A stretch of 64,000 nucleotides of DNA from Schizochytrium sp. TIO01 (Eukaryota > Protista > Bigyra: Labyrinthulomycetes), in contig SMSO01000035.1 in the NCBI GenBank assembly GCA_004764695.1, forward strand, positions 3,236,040 to 3,300,039. The letters run 5' to 3'. Position numbers and translations under genes: made by a program. How positions within the stretch are numbered: position 1 is the stretch's first letter; the number at the start of each line of letters is the position of its first letter. This document shows, piece after piece, positions 1-14,800 of the stretch. Below the pieces are notes generated by a model. The model was not told where the DNA came from, ran no database searches, and saw nothing but the letters and a program-made list of their open reading frames with translations.

Positions 1-282
1 CTCCACGCTTTCGGCAAGCTGTCTGCTGCGCAGGTGCTGCAGTCTCGAGGTCTGCGCCGCCCTGGAGCGTAAGCTGTTTATTTGTTTGTTTGTTTGTTTG
101 CTTTTTTTTTTGTCTATTGCTTTTTGTTTGATCCATCCTCATTTTCTCTCTTTCACTCTTTCTTCTTTCTTTTCCTCTCCATTTTACTATTATCAATCCT
201 TCCTTTCTTTTGCTCTTTCCTTCTCTCCTTTTTCCTCTTATCTCTCAATAGGAGCGGCTTAATTTTAAAAGTTGTCTCCATC

Positions 283-406
283 ATACATATGATACATATG
301 GTATGTGGCACATACATATATATATATATACACATATACAGCATATACAGCATATACATCATATATACATATATATACATACATATATATACATATATAC
401 ATATAG
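283..406. repeat. TA/CATATA-type imperfect microsatellite
   Basis: Long run of tata/catata units read directly. Confidence 0.9.
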
Positions 407-1095
407 ACGTGCCTACTATCTAGATACTCGTAGGTAGAGACTGTCTGCCTGTCCTCTCTCCAACTGTGTCCCTGTACCGTAAAATGGTACAAACCACTTA
501 GGCCATTCAGTAGAAGTGCGCGCGGTCTGCGTCTGTCTTCCCTTCTCTTTTTCCCTCCTTCCTCTTTCTTCCATCCTTCCCTTTTCCCTCCCGCTCCCTC
601 TGTCCTCCACTGCCTCTCTTCTGAGGGAGCCAACCTCAGTGGAGCTCAGAGGCAAATCTATGGGGTCAAAAGGTAGAATCATGGTCAACTGGGACAGCAT
701 CAGAGGGGACGTATCTGTTCTGACAGAGGACCATAGTTCCAGTGAAGGAGGGACCGTGAAAGGAGAAGAGTGAGGGCGCTTTTCCTTTCTTTTCTTTTCT
801 TTTCTTTTCTCCCAAAGTTTCTTTTAGCCATCCTGATACTCCCTATTCAGGTATTTATTCCTCGAACCCTGAGAAGAAGGGTCGCAAAATAGTAGGTACC
901 CATGCAACTCCCTCCTATTGAGAACAACCTACAACTCACACTCCTGTGCAGTCGCTCCTTCTTCTCCTTCCTCTTCTCTCTCCCTCTCTCACTGCACAAT
1001 CGCATTCCCTTCCCTGCCTCTGTTTGTTCGAACTTACCCTTCTTCAACTAAAAAGAGCGCTGATTCAATTCTTTTCCTTCGAATCCCTTCAGTTT

Positions 1096-1125
1096 TCTTT
1101 CTTTCTCTTTCTTTCTCTCTTTCTT

Positions 1126-1156
<31 letters not shown>

Positions 1157-1157
1157 T
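1096..1157. repeat. CT-rich polypyrimidine microsatellite
   Basis: (CT)n/(CTTT)n run ending in ...tttag. Confidence 0.85.
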
Positions 1158-2801
1158 TAGTTCCTATTTTAATGGAAAAAGGTTAAAGTGAAAGAAAAGA
1201 AAGAGACTCAGTCAGTACCTTACGAGGAGCTCGTAATAGAAGCGAGCGATGGAGGGGTGAAGAGCTCAGCTCCTTGGTTCTCGAGGCCTTGGGCGCCGAG
1301 GTCGCGGCGCCAGAGCCCTCGGGGCTGTGCGTTGGCCCTTGCTGACGCGTATTCTTGGCCCTGGGCGCGGATTTGGTCCTTGTCAGGCGCTCAGACCCGC
1401 CTTTCACAAGGCTTTTTCCCGGCTTGTCAAGTTTTTCAAACGCTGCGATTCTTATCTATCCGCCAGACAGACCAGACAGGCCACCGCCAGCGAGCCTCTG
1501 TGCCGCGACCCGAGCACAGCTCCTGCACTCCAGCCGGCCCGCCCCAGTCCCTCGTCCCTCCCTGTCTCCACGCCGCCGGCAGTCCCCAGCGCAAGGTCCT
1601 GCCTGTGCGCGGCTCTGCGGATGGAATTTCAAACCCACCCGAAATCGAGGCCCGATGCAGGCAGACTCGGTCGCGATCCACCCCAACCGGCAGCGGGCTG
1701 TCGCAGAACTGCCCTCCGTGGCCCTCCGTAGCCCTCGCGGCCGCCCTGTCCTCGCGAGCGTCGCTGGCAGTCGCTTGGTCAGTCCTGAGAAGCGCCGCGT
1801 TGCTCGTCTGCTTTCTTCTATCGTCTGTCTGTCTGTCTGCTTTTCGCGCTCTGTCTGGGCCTGGCGCCTCCTATGCTTAACTGTAGAACTCTATAGCAGT
1901 GCCGCCCAGATTTGGCCAACATCGAAGAGGCCACGAAATGAATGCTCGAACTCGATGCCGATGGAGCGACTCCGTGCGAGCAACGCGATGGGAGCTCGCC
2001 GGGCGCCGCGGAAGGCAGAGCCAAGGCCTTTTCTGGAGACCGTCGCGGCCGGGGCCGGCGTGGCTGGCTTGGGACCGCGGTTTGTATTTGGTTTTTACTT
2101 CTGGCTTGGGCTTATTTTGTTCGTCTCGCAGATGATTCGCCGTGCGCCATAGCGATTATTTAGGCGTGAAAGAGTGCACTCCTCTCATTGGTCCTCCTTT
2201 TATGGAGAGCGCTGTCGTCGTAACATCTTCTTGCACCGCTAGGACCCGCTAGTGGGCGCCTAGTAGTGTGGCCTTTTTGCCTCTTTCGTAATTTGCTTTT
2301 ATTTATTTATTTATTTATTTATTATTAAAGCATTATATTTTAATTTATTTATAAACTAAGAGAAAAGAAAAGAAAGGATAATGAAGAGCACAGGTACTAC
2401 TGAGCTAGGCCTCTTCGTTCTTTTCCGAATGCATTTATTTACCATAACGTGACAGAAAGGTTTTCAAGTACTGCGCCACTTTCACGTTTGATCTCCTTCG
2501 AAGTAATTGGTTGTTGAAGGTTTTGACAGAAGGAAGGAAGTTCATAAAATTGCTCGAAAATATGGGCATCGCTTTTTCGAATCGAAAGGCGCCTTCGTTA
2601 CTATGGGAAGGAAGGCGGCAGAATGATGTATTGCTTTTAATCAAAAACCCAAATAGTATCATCATCGCAGTTAAGAGAGAGAAAAAGAAAAAGAAAAAAT
2701 AAAGAGACAAAGAGAGAAAAAAAGACAAAGAAAGAAAAAAGGAAAAGAAAGAAAAAAGATGTGTTCAACTTTGAAAGTTTTCGCAAAATGCAAAAAGCGA
2801 A

Positions 2802-2847
2802 GAATGAATGAATGAATGAATGAATGAATGAATGAACGAATGAATGA
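2802..2847. repeat. (GAAT)n microsatellite
   Basis: About 11 tandem GAAT units. Confidence 0.9.
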
Positions 2848-3834
2848 CGAGGATGAAGCGAGCATCATCCTGGGCTACCTTGGGCCAGAACCAGCGTGGA
2901 AAGCGCCGGGAGGACGCAAGCCACCTGGAAGTGGCACGACTCCCTAGGCCCAGAGGCCCTCTTCCCTCAAGCAGGGCTGGCGATCGCTCGTGCTTGCAGC
3001 AGCTGTCTTCGTCTCGTGCGCCGGAAGCTCTGGAGTGGCGAAACGTGCGCAACTCTATACTCCACTTGTGAGATGCGCTAAAGCGCACTTATAAAGTCAA
3101 TACTTCACTTGCAATCGCTATAACCCACTTGCAATACCTCACTTGCACGTGCTTTTCTCCAGTCAGACAGTCAGTCCATAGCATGGAGGCCTCTCAGACT
3201 CTCTCTATGCCCCCCAAACTACTGCGTGGGATGTGGAGGGCTCAAAGGCCGTTTGCAGCCTACCCTCCGCCTGTAACTCAGGGACCCCCTGGTCATATCG
3301 AGAACCTCGCAGGAATCTGCAAAAGCTGCTCAAGTGGACCTGGAAAGTCTCAAGAGCCACGAGAAACGACGGATTTATTGTGCTCGTGACGGCCCCTGGG
3401 TCTGTGCAAAGTTTGGTGAGGGTTGAGACCTCCTGCATCGAGATCTATGCGTGACAAGGTATAGCCCTCTGTAGCTGGATTCTATAACCCACTGTAGAGG
3501 GGCCGTGAAAGTAGAACTTTGGGAGGTCCAAAGTAGATAATCGGTGGGTGGAAATAGAGAATACGCCAACGGCTGGTGAGGTCCTTTGTTGGGCTCGTTA
3601 GAAAGAAGGAAAGAAGGAGGAAAGAAGCAGAAGGCAGACTCACAACGAGCCCCACCCGACCCGCAAACGGACGCAGCGTGGAATTCGCTCGCGTGTTTTC
3701 GTCGCGAAAGGCCACTCGAAAGCCTCCGCAGACGTAGGACACGGTCAAGAGCCGTGCTAGGGGATCAGCAGCGGCGGAGATCGAGATTTCTCTAACGCTC
3801 GTCAGCCACCACCGTCAATTCATCTCCTTTCACT

Positions 3835-5708
<1,874 letters not shown>

Positions 5709-6380
5709 CATGACATCCATTTTCTCTATCTTTTTTATTGTTGTTGAATAGCCTGAACTACATGGAACAAATTTGTAAGGGCCATAAGACGAGCTACTCA
5801 GCCTTATCCGATCCGTCCCTTAATTGCTGCAGCATCTGCAAGGCCCCGTTAGTGATGATCTATAACTGCAGCCTCAAAGAAGGGAAACCCCAAAACATTT
5901 TTTGGGTTTTGAAAAAAGATATCTACCCAATTCAAACTATTAAAAACAGAAATCAATCAAATTCATACTATGATTATTATTTTTCTTGAATGTTAAACGT
6001 TGTACATGGCGTCCACTACATCAGCTCGACCACACACAGACATGTAACTGCAGAAAAGAGCTAAAGGTGCTCTGATACATCGTCTTTTACAGCTTGAACT
6101 AGATAGCAATCGGAAAGTAGCTAGCAAGCGTGTGAATAAATGGGCGTGAGTTTTGTCTTTTTCTAATTCATTTGCGACTTGCTTACCTTCCATTACTCCT
6201 CAATTTGCAAACGAACTCTTAATCTTCCACAAAGTCCTCAGGATATATCATGAAGGTCAAGCTTTAAAGGCTTTTCGTGTTCGGATGCGGATGCACCGGA
6301 ACCTGTGGGGCTCGAGGAGGGAGACCAATGATACCCTTGAAAATAGGTGTAAATGCCTACAGAAAGATACAAGCTGTCAT

Positions 6381-8285
6381 TTAGCTGCTGTTAAGCTTCT
6401 CGCGAGCAGCCTTGAGCTTTGCCTGTGCAGCTTGGTGGAGTTTTGACACTTTTTCCACTTGTTCTCTGAATCGCTTTTGCAAAATAACGTTCTTGGCCTT
6501 CTTCATCTTAAGAGTAGCTTGATCCAGCATCAACTTTGTCTTCCGCACCTCGCGCTCCAAGTTGCGGATCTCTGCCATGGCAGGGTCCTCATCTCCACCA
6601 GGAGGTGGTGATGGCATCGGACCTGGAGTGCCTCCAGGGGTAGCACCCGGGGTGCCTCCAGGAGTTACACCAGGCGTAAAGGAGGGCGAAGCCGACGGCA
6701 TTGCTGGCGGCGGAGATGGCGAAGGTTGTGGGGGTGAGGGTGAAGGAGTTGGCATATTTGGGCTTGGGGCGGGACCAGATGTTGATGAAGATGATGAAGA
6801 CGATGAACCCATGGCTCCTGGCGGCGATGGAGATGGATTTACACTTGAAGCAGGTGTCATGCGCGCCGCTGCAATGGCACTTGCAAGAGCACCTGTTGGT
6901 CCAGTGTTTGGCTTTGCGGGTTCTGGATTGTGAGCAGGTGCTGGGGATCCAGCTGGAGTCGCAGCAGCTGCTGGAGAAGGGACTGCAGGAGCTTGGGGTG
7001 GCGGTGTAGAAGCGCCCGGAGGCGTTGCGGCGGGTTTGGGTGGCGGGGGTGTTTTTGTAGTGGGTTTGGGGTTTGTTGAGGGAGGGGGTGGGGGGGGAGG
7101 GGGTGCCGCTGGCGATGGTGTCGAAGTATTTGGCGTTGAAGTTGCAGGTTTCGGCGGGGCAGCCCTCGCATTGGCAGTCAGAGCACCAAGAGTGCCAGAT
7201 GATTTCTTCTTCTTTGCACCGATGATGTCGCTCATATCGACCATCTTGATCGAGGGTCTCTCATTACGAGAGGGCGCAGCTGGTGCTGGAGTGTTGCTGG
7301 TATTTGAGCTGGGCATCGCAGTTGCGGATGCTGGTTTGTCATTCGCAGTGTTTTTATTAGAGTTGGACGTATTTGCATCTGCATCTGCGTTCGCGGCAAG
7401 GGTCTTGGCCACGAGTGCCGGGTCAATATTTAGCTTTTTGAGTTGGTTGGAGAAGTTGGCATACGCAAGATCATAAGCCTGACGCGAATCTGTGAGAAAG
7501 TTATCTAGACCTTGCTTAATAATCGTACGATCATCCCAGTACTGCATGTACGGCTCCATGTCGATCAGTTCATCATACTGAAGCACTGTGGTCTTGTCTT
7601 CCGAAAGTTTGTCCTGTTACCAGCCATCCCATCCAAACGAGAGAGAGAGAGAGAGAGAGTACATCAAATGCACCCGTCACAAAGTAATAAAACGACGCAT
7701 TAGTCTCCATCCAAATCGATCTTCTTGCGAATTGACAAGTTGCTTCATTCATGAATACAACTGATTTTTGCCTCCCAGACACTTTGAACTTACCACGATC
7801 TTGTGCAGCTGCTGATCCATCCTGCCAATGAGTCTCTTACGGTCATCAATGTCCTCAGGAAGACCATTCTTCACGGCTCTGTCCATACGCTTAAACCTCT
7901 GAGATCTTGCCTGTTTCATAGGCGGCGTGAGCCCATCGTCCATAAGGTACGCTACTTCGGGCCTTGGTTTGGAGCCAACCTTGACATTCTGAACCTCAAC
8001 GACCTGCGAGATGTCGGAGGACTTGTAGTACACGTATGAGTCCTTGGTCTTCTCGGTTTCCACAACCGTCGGAAGGTCTCTGAGCGTGGCGTAGTAGGTG
8101 TCCTCCCCGATCTTGAAAAGCAGATCGCGCGGTTTTTCGCCGCTCTCCACGGAGATGTTGATCTTCTCGCCAAGGCCTTCGGGCCGGCTTACCACGGCCT
8201 GCACGCGCTCAGAGAGCTCCGGCGGCACGCGGAGGATTACATGCTCCTCCAGGAGGCCCTTGCTCCCATCCATCATGCGGCTCAT
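6381..8285 (-). CDS. TAF7: TFIID subunit 7 (TAFII55 N-terminal domain) with a Pro/Ser-rich tail and C-terminal coiled coil; exons 8285-7794 and 7613-6381, about 574 aa
   Basis: EEHVILRVP, ATLRDLPTVVETEKT, YYKSSDISQV and DGLTPPMKQARSQRF match TAF7 motifs. An in-frame GTAAGT...CAG intron joins ORFs 7749-8285 and 6381-7586. Confidence 0.88.
7614..7793 (-). other. Spliceosomal intron (180 nt, phase 0) in TAF7 containing a (TC)n tract
   Basis: Minus strand reads GTG|GTAAGT ... TAACAG|GAC and the frame is preserved. Confidence 0.85.
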
Positions 8286-8906
8286 TGTGGGCGGGATGCA
8301 GCGGCTCAGGTCAAGGAGTTGTTAACGAGCACCACAGCAGTTCAAGGTTTGCTTTTTTTGCTTTTTTCGTTCCTTTTGTTTATTTATTTATTTATTTATT
8401 TATTTATAAGTTTTCTCCTTTTCAAGGCATTTCTTTTCTATCTCTTTTTATTTTCCTTCATCGTGACAACAATCTCCCAAGAGAATGCATCAGTTTTTTA
8501 AGGAGCTGAGCAGTGCTCAGGGAACCAGAAGAGATCGTTCAAGGCTATTGGGCTGCAGACCATGCAGGTAGTGAGTGAAGAAGAAGAAGGATCATGTCGC
8601 GCTCTCATTTGAATACGAACAAGAAACGAAAAAAAACTATTCTAGAGCTACTATACTTCACTTGTGATACGAATAACTTAGTGCGTTGTTTACCGTAGAA
8701 TGTGTTGTTTATCTAAACCTGTTTTTTCCCATATGTATCTAAAGAAGACTTCTTTTTTTAAATTGAAAAAGATGTTGTAGATGAGGAGAACTGTGTTGGA
8801 TTATTGTGTGATTTCGAGGACAACTTGCGAAGCACTACGAGAAAAGCCCATGATCATAATTATAGATGGTAAAATAATATATTATTACAATGCACAGTTT
8901 AGTGAT

Positions 8907-10718
8907 CTACTGTTTGAATGACTTATCAAGATGAGCAACAAAGCTTGAAGTCGGGCCTGCTGTACTTCCTTCGCTCACGAGTGATGCGACCAAGTTCTCC
9001 ACCAGGTTCATATCCACGTCCATCGGGCGAAGACCCTCTCCGCCAAATGTTGAAGTAAGATTCTTTTCCGCGGAAAGCTCAGCTTCAAGTAGTTCGTCGG
9101 CTACCTCGTCAAGAAGGTGGTCTTCATCTTCGTCTTCTTCTAATAGGCTTCCAACACTCCCGGATGAATTCTCTGCATCTTCGAAAGGCAGAGTCGCATC
9201 CCTAGCTGTTTCAAGACCCTTGAGCACATTCAAAAGCTCACCTACGTTAAAATTAAAGGGTTCGCTCATCTCTTCTTTCCCATTGCTGACTTCATCTTCA
9301 TCTTCATCTTCGTCTTCTCCATCACTATCTTCCGAGTCTGACGACAACGCATCAATGCCTTCAAAGCCTGACTCAGTTTTGAAGAAAGACTCGACCTCTT
9401 TGATAAGTGCTTCAGCATCCTCAATAGTAGACTCCTCAGGTTTTCCAATAAATTTTAACATACTTTCAGAAACCTGGCCAAGCATTGATGATGGGCCGGC
9501 AGCAGGAGTCCGCATGACATCTGCGTCGTCCTCTGGAGGAGGGGTTGAAGGGATTTTTAATGGAAGATTACCGGTAACCGCATCTTGAAAGAACCTTTGA
9601 ATTGTCTCCTGGTCACAAATTAAGGAGGAGGTGTATCGAGACAGGGGTTCATCTGCATTTAGGTTAAGTTCACTCAAGGGTTCACATGGCCGAGGAATCA
9701 GATTTTTGGTTGAAGATTTTGTAGACAGCTTTGTTTGCAAGAGCTCCAGACCTTTGGCAAGAACAAAACCACGAAACAGAGCTTGTTGTCGACGGGACTG
9801 ACTAACTCCTTTGCATGAAGCTTCATCCCACTCTGGTGCTAAGGCGTTCACTTGATCCTGAAACATAGTTTCGTACTGTCCCAAAGTAGAATAACCATCC
9901 ACAGAAAGTTTGATCTGTTTCAGAAACACCTTTGATGACGGCTCAAATCGATTGATTTCACGTCGTCTTGTACGCAAGTCTGTCACATCTGCATGTCGGA
10001 GAGCATGTGCAGCAAGGATAAGTAACATTGGGCTTGCTGTCGCGATACGAGCTACAGTCTCAGACATTGCAATTGCAAATCGGTGCGGCTGTTGATAGTG
10101 TTTGGGCCCAGATACGCCAAATCCCTCGCGTTCAAGTTCACTCTCAACTCGCTCCCCTGCCTGTGTGGGCTTGCTGTCATCAAGAACAGCTTCTCGACAC
10201 GCTTGCCATTTCGAACCAAATGGCATACATTTAGGCGACACGATGTGCAGCATGCCACGGAAAAGATAGGCCCTGCCTGGAATCGTATCCTCTTCGACCC
10301 ATCGGGGCAAAGCTTCGGCGGCTTGAATAGGCAAAGTCTCCCCAAAGCGGTCTCGCATCGTGGCAAGACAAGCCCCAGGGAAAAGGCGGGTAATCTCGCG
10401 CAGCACAAATGCAATGAAAGCCTCGTCCATGCTATTGCATACCTGCGTTGACCCCTTGAGACATCTATCTTTGAGATCTACCTCAAGCCAGAAAGGCTCA
10501 AATGTGAAAGCATGCTGTTCGAGGATCGGAGCAACACTCTCCAGCACCTGCAGTCGAGCTGTCTCCAACCAAGCCCATGTCGCATTCTGATTCCCTGCAA
10601 CACCACTTTTTGAACCCAAAGAAGACTTACTAGAACCAGACTCACGAGGAGACTCGAGTGTACCTACCACGAATACCTCATAAGTCACGGCTCCACACAC
10701 GTCCTCCTCCGAGAACAT
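8907..10718 (-). CDS. ECD: Ecdysoneless/SGT1-family protein
   Basis: FEPF, DEAFIAFVLREIT, DRFGETLPIQAAEALPRWV and RAYLFRGMLHIV; acidic middle; C-terminal PMDVDMNLVENLV...AGPTS resembles the ECD consensus. Confidence 0.8.
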   Translation of the reverse strand: MFSEEDVCGAVTYEVFVVGTLESPRESGSSKSSLGSKSGVAGNQNATWAWLETARLQVLESVAPILEQHAFTFEPFWLEVDLKDRCLKGSTQVCNSMDEAFIAFVLREITRLFPGACLATMRDRFGETLPIQAAEALPRWVEEDTIPGRAYLFRGMLHIVSPKCMPFGSKWQACREAVLDDSKPTQAGERVESELEREGFGVSGPKHYQQPHRFAIAMSETVARIATASPMLLILAAHALRHADVTDLRTRRREINRFEPSSKVFLKQIKLSVDGYSTLGQYETMFQDQVNALAPEWDEASCKGVSQSRRQQALFRGFVLAKGLELLQTKLSTKSSTKNLIPRPCEPLSELNLNADEPLSRYTSSLICDQETIQRFFQDAVTGNLPLKIPSTPPPEDDADVMRTPAAGPSSMLGQVSESMLKFIGKPEESTIEDAEALIKEVESFFKTESGFEGIDALSSDSEDSDGEDEDEDEDEVSNGKEEMSEPFNFNVGELLNVLKGLETARDATLPFEDAENSSGSVGSLLEEDEDEDHLLDEVADELLEAELSAEKNLTSTFGGEGLRPMDVDMNLVENLVASLVSEGSTAGPTSSFVAHLDKSFKQ

Positions 10719-11835
10719 GGCTTCGGGATAGATGGTTTTTGCTTTTTTTTAAGGCCCTCAGGGCTTCGGCGGAAACTTTCAAGAATAACATGAAGGGTAA
10801 CGATATGTTCCAGAAGTTCCTATGAACAAATTCGTTTCGCCATGACAGTGAACGCCGTGAAACCATGTGCACGGAGCAGACCTAGTCATCTTGAACTACA
10901 TTATGGGCATCAAAGAGCGAGATGCTACCGCTAGTGCATGGCGGAGCCGCCTTTACATTAAATTGTTTCACTAACGTTTGCCACACAACGGTCTTTCTCC
11001 CAAGCTCCCAAGTCTATGTTTCGAATACCACACAGTCTTCGAAGGTGGTCTTTCTCGGGAGCGGCCAACTCCAAATTAGGCGGCTCTTGCATCGTGTGTG
11101 TACCTAAACTAAGATGAAACTCATGATTAGGCTGTCCATCTCAAGACCTAAATCCTAACCTCCCTCTTGGTGTTGCGTTTTACATTGTATAGAACATGGG
11201 AGGGAAGATGCTTGTTTTGATTTGAGATTGACTTGATCCTCTGCATGAAACTTTTTATTGACTTTCAGTACCAATGCGGTGGACCTTTCTCAATGCTTGT
11301 CAATGATTACTACACGAAGTCTATCAAACCAATAAAACGCAGTTCCTTGTGCCAACTCTACCGAGTTTCTCTATATATTGCTACTGGCACCACGGTTGCA
11401 GTGTATTGCGAAACTATGCGGATGCAGAAGCAAGCTCATACTCAACACCAATCAAGAATACAGTAACGAGCAACTAAATACTGACCATGAGCTGAGAGAA
11501 CACCTTGCACGAACTCGTAATTGCTTTTGCGTGGAAACTGAACCTTCGTCCCATTTGTAACGCTGTGGCTTATTGTTAGGTAAAGCCAACACAGATCCGG
11601 TTGAACATAAAGGGGTGTGTACCGGAAGTAAGCTGTCACGAACGACTTCGAAGTACCATGATGATAGTGATATATTCAATAAGGCTCAAAGAGGAACGAA
11701 GTTTGTGGTTTCTAAAATGTGCTCATGCTTATGTTAAACAAGCTGATACTTAGTGGTGAAGTCCTGCAAAGATCGCGTGCTGATTTTCTTCGTGCAAACG
11801 GCCTTCGATGGTCCTAGTGAGAGATCAAAGGTGAA

Positions 11836-14800
11836 ATGCCTCAGGAGGAGGACGACATAGATGACACCTCTCGCCTTGTCAGCGCAGTAGACTCCACACG
11901 AGTTCGAGTTCTTAGCGAGGTGACACCACGGATACCATGGCCACGCACAGAGCATGTAGATTTCGATGAATTAGTGCGAAGACGCAGACGGCGTGGAGAG
12001 GAACTGCGTATGGCTGACGCACTATGGGACCGCGGACCAGAAGTTCGTGCGCTCGTACAGCTTACAGCAGAAAAGCGAGGTTTGATCGAAGAAGTTCTCT
12101 TAGACGTAGCGGCCGCTACTACACGCTTTGAGAGTGTTTTGGAAACCCTTGAAAATCAAGAGATTGATCTCGTGAACATCCTTTCAGAGTATCTTGGCCT
12201 ACTCTTGATTTTCATTGAGACCCAAGACCAAGAAATACGTGAATCACCAAAGGATTTTCTTTTACAGAACTTTTCTTCGGAATGGTCAGGGATTCTCTCT
12301 GTTGAAAAGGTTACAACAAACACGCTACGTGTTGAGGCCATATGTGCATTCATCGCCACAGCCTGCATACAGGGCTACATGGCAAGATTTACAGTTGATA
12401 GTATTCTTAATAAGATGAATGTGGAGTTTATTGCCCAGAAAGATATGGACAACGCACTTATTGCAGCAACTAAACTATATCGTCAAGGTGCAGGGATCGC
12501 ACACCAAGCAAGAACCTGGGCTACTGAGCAAGAAATAAACTTTGTAATGGGCATCGGTGCTGTACAAGATATCTGCAAAGAGCTTGCAGATAATTTTTTG
12601 ATTTGCGCACAAACTCTCTGTGCAGGAACTTTCGCATGCAAAAGCCAAATCAAGGACTTAAAAATGGCAGCATTGCTTTGTGAAACAGCTGCAATGACAA
12701 TCTCGCATCGTAATTTGCGACTGTCAAAACGAGAACGCTATAGGAATGGATTCCCGAAGGATGCAAGCGCAGTTCTCCTTGGGTTTTATTACTTATATCT
12801 AGCAGAGGCAGCTGTTCTTGAACACCGACGAGGCCCATGGAGTATATATCTTTGGCTGAATGCCCTTTGCTTTCGTCAAGCTACCTCAAAGCATAGTACA
12901 TGGCTACACCTACAACCACTTATCAAATCTGAAGACCATATAAAGCAAATGTCCAGAGATCTTCCTGATGATGCGTTCACGTGGAGACATCGATGGCACG
13001 ATCGAATCTTAGGTATCGTTGTGTCCATTATCGACGAACCTGTAGGAAACCTTGTAGTGGAAGCTGTTCCATTAGAGCTTCGACTCTCAGATCGCAAGGC
13101 TGATATTTCAGAACGGAAAAAGGTCGTCGAGGTACAACAGCTAGCAAAAAAATCGATAATACGGCACTACGCTACCGTAGCACACGCTCGCGATGTGTCG
13201 CAGACACGTCAAACTTTGGCTGTAGAACCGTGGAAGTACGGCATTGAGCGTTTACGCGCGTGCCATCACCGTTTGGAATTTGATGATGATGACTATGATG
13301 GTGATGATGATATTAATGATGAAGCTGGTAATAATGCGGAAGATATTGACGAAGAAATACTCAGAACGAGGCAAGAAGAAACCATCGTGAAATCTCCAGT
13401 CACACCTTCAAAAAGGAAAAGCTCTTTACACAAGAACGGGCATCGTCGACATATATCTTTTGTTCAAGGTCAGGGCGCACGTTGCAAGCCAGTACCTATG
13501 ATGGAAGAAAACATCAATCAACGATCATCTTCGCTGATTGGTTTGAGACTCGATGACGATAAACAAGAGAATGAAGAAAGTGAGGACGAGGACTACAACA
13601 CATCAAGCCCTGAACCTCGTCTTCCGGCAGCGTCATATATTCATTACGATGCATTTACTGGTGCCAGAGAAAGAGTCTTTGCAGGGAAGTCTCCTTTCCG
13701 ACCAAAATCTTCACATGAAATAGAGAAGCTTATCAAGGAACGAAGCAAAGTTCCCTGTGGATTATGTGAACATGAATACCCCGTAGATCAACTTATTTCA
13801 TGTGCCACAAAACGTGGAATCAGCAAGATTAAGACAATGTGGGGTGCTTTCCAGAAAGACTCCAAAGTACGAGCTCACGCACTTGTTCACACCTCTACAA
13901 AAGTATGTGTATTCTGTGAACAGTTTTTTACGGTTCCCTTTGAAATGCTAAAACCTCCTCACCGTGTAGAAAAAACTGTTTTGCGGCCTACTGAGACTCA
14001 GCAAGATCGTGACATTGAAACCATGATTTTAGAATCTATCCAGTCAATGAATGAGGATAACTTCCAGCATCTGAGTGCTGACCAGCGGCAAGGAATTTTT
14101 TCTGGGACCTCTGCTCTTTCTAAACTTCCATCTGATGCTATAAACCTCGCTGTGAATCGATTTGCTTCACAAAGTAGCACTCATGACAAGAAGTATTGTG
14201 CCCTCAATGCCGTCGACGACAACCTTTTTGGTGCTCCAGCAAAAACAGCAAAACAGACTGAGCCGTGGTGGCAACTTGACCTGGGTGTTCTTGCGAACAT
14301 TCACTCCATCCGTCTCTGGACAGGAGAGCAACGCCTTCGTGCTCGTATTGTTCATGTATTGATTGCTCGTACGAGCTTCAGCGAGAAACGTACACTGTCG
14401 CAAGCTGTCGAACATGCTCACGCTCACTATAGATTTGCGTTTTCAAGCCGTGTCTTAGAATGGTGCCCTCAGTTACGCGGGCGTTTTGTACGTGTACAAC
14501 TAGAGGCTATTGATGAACAGCTTTCTTTGGTTCAATGCCAGGTGTTTGGGCAACGAGTGATGGAACAAGCGCCAATTGCAACCAGCACGCAAGTTTCTCC
14601 CTTGAACAAACGTCCATCGTTAACAAAGTCTCACACGAGTGCGCCCATGCAAGAACTATCTTCTCAGGAGCGAGTCGAAGCCCATCTGAAGCATTTTCGA
14701 TTTAACATAGAAAATTATCCACGCCTGAAGAAGCCTGACTTTACACGAGTATGTATGCTTATACACATACCTGGGAGCAAGAGCTCAAAAGCTAAGAAGA

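Noticed and set aside
1188-2163. Overlapping GC-rich ORFs of 130-265 aa
   Set aside because: Low-complexity Arg/Pro/Ser translations in several frames with no motifs; likely UTR or regulatory GC-rich DNA
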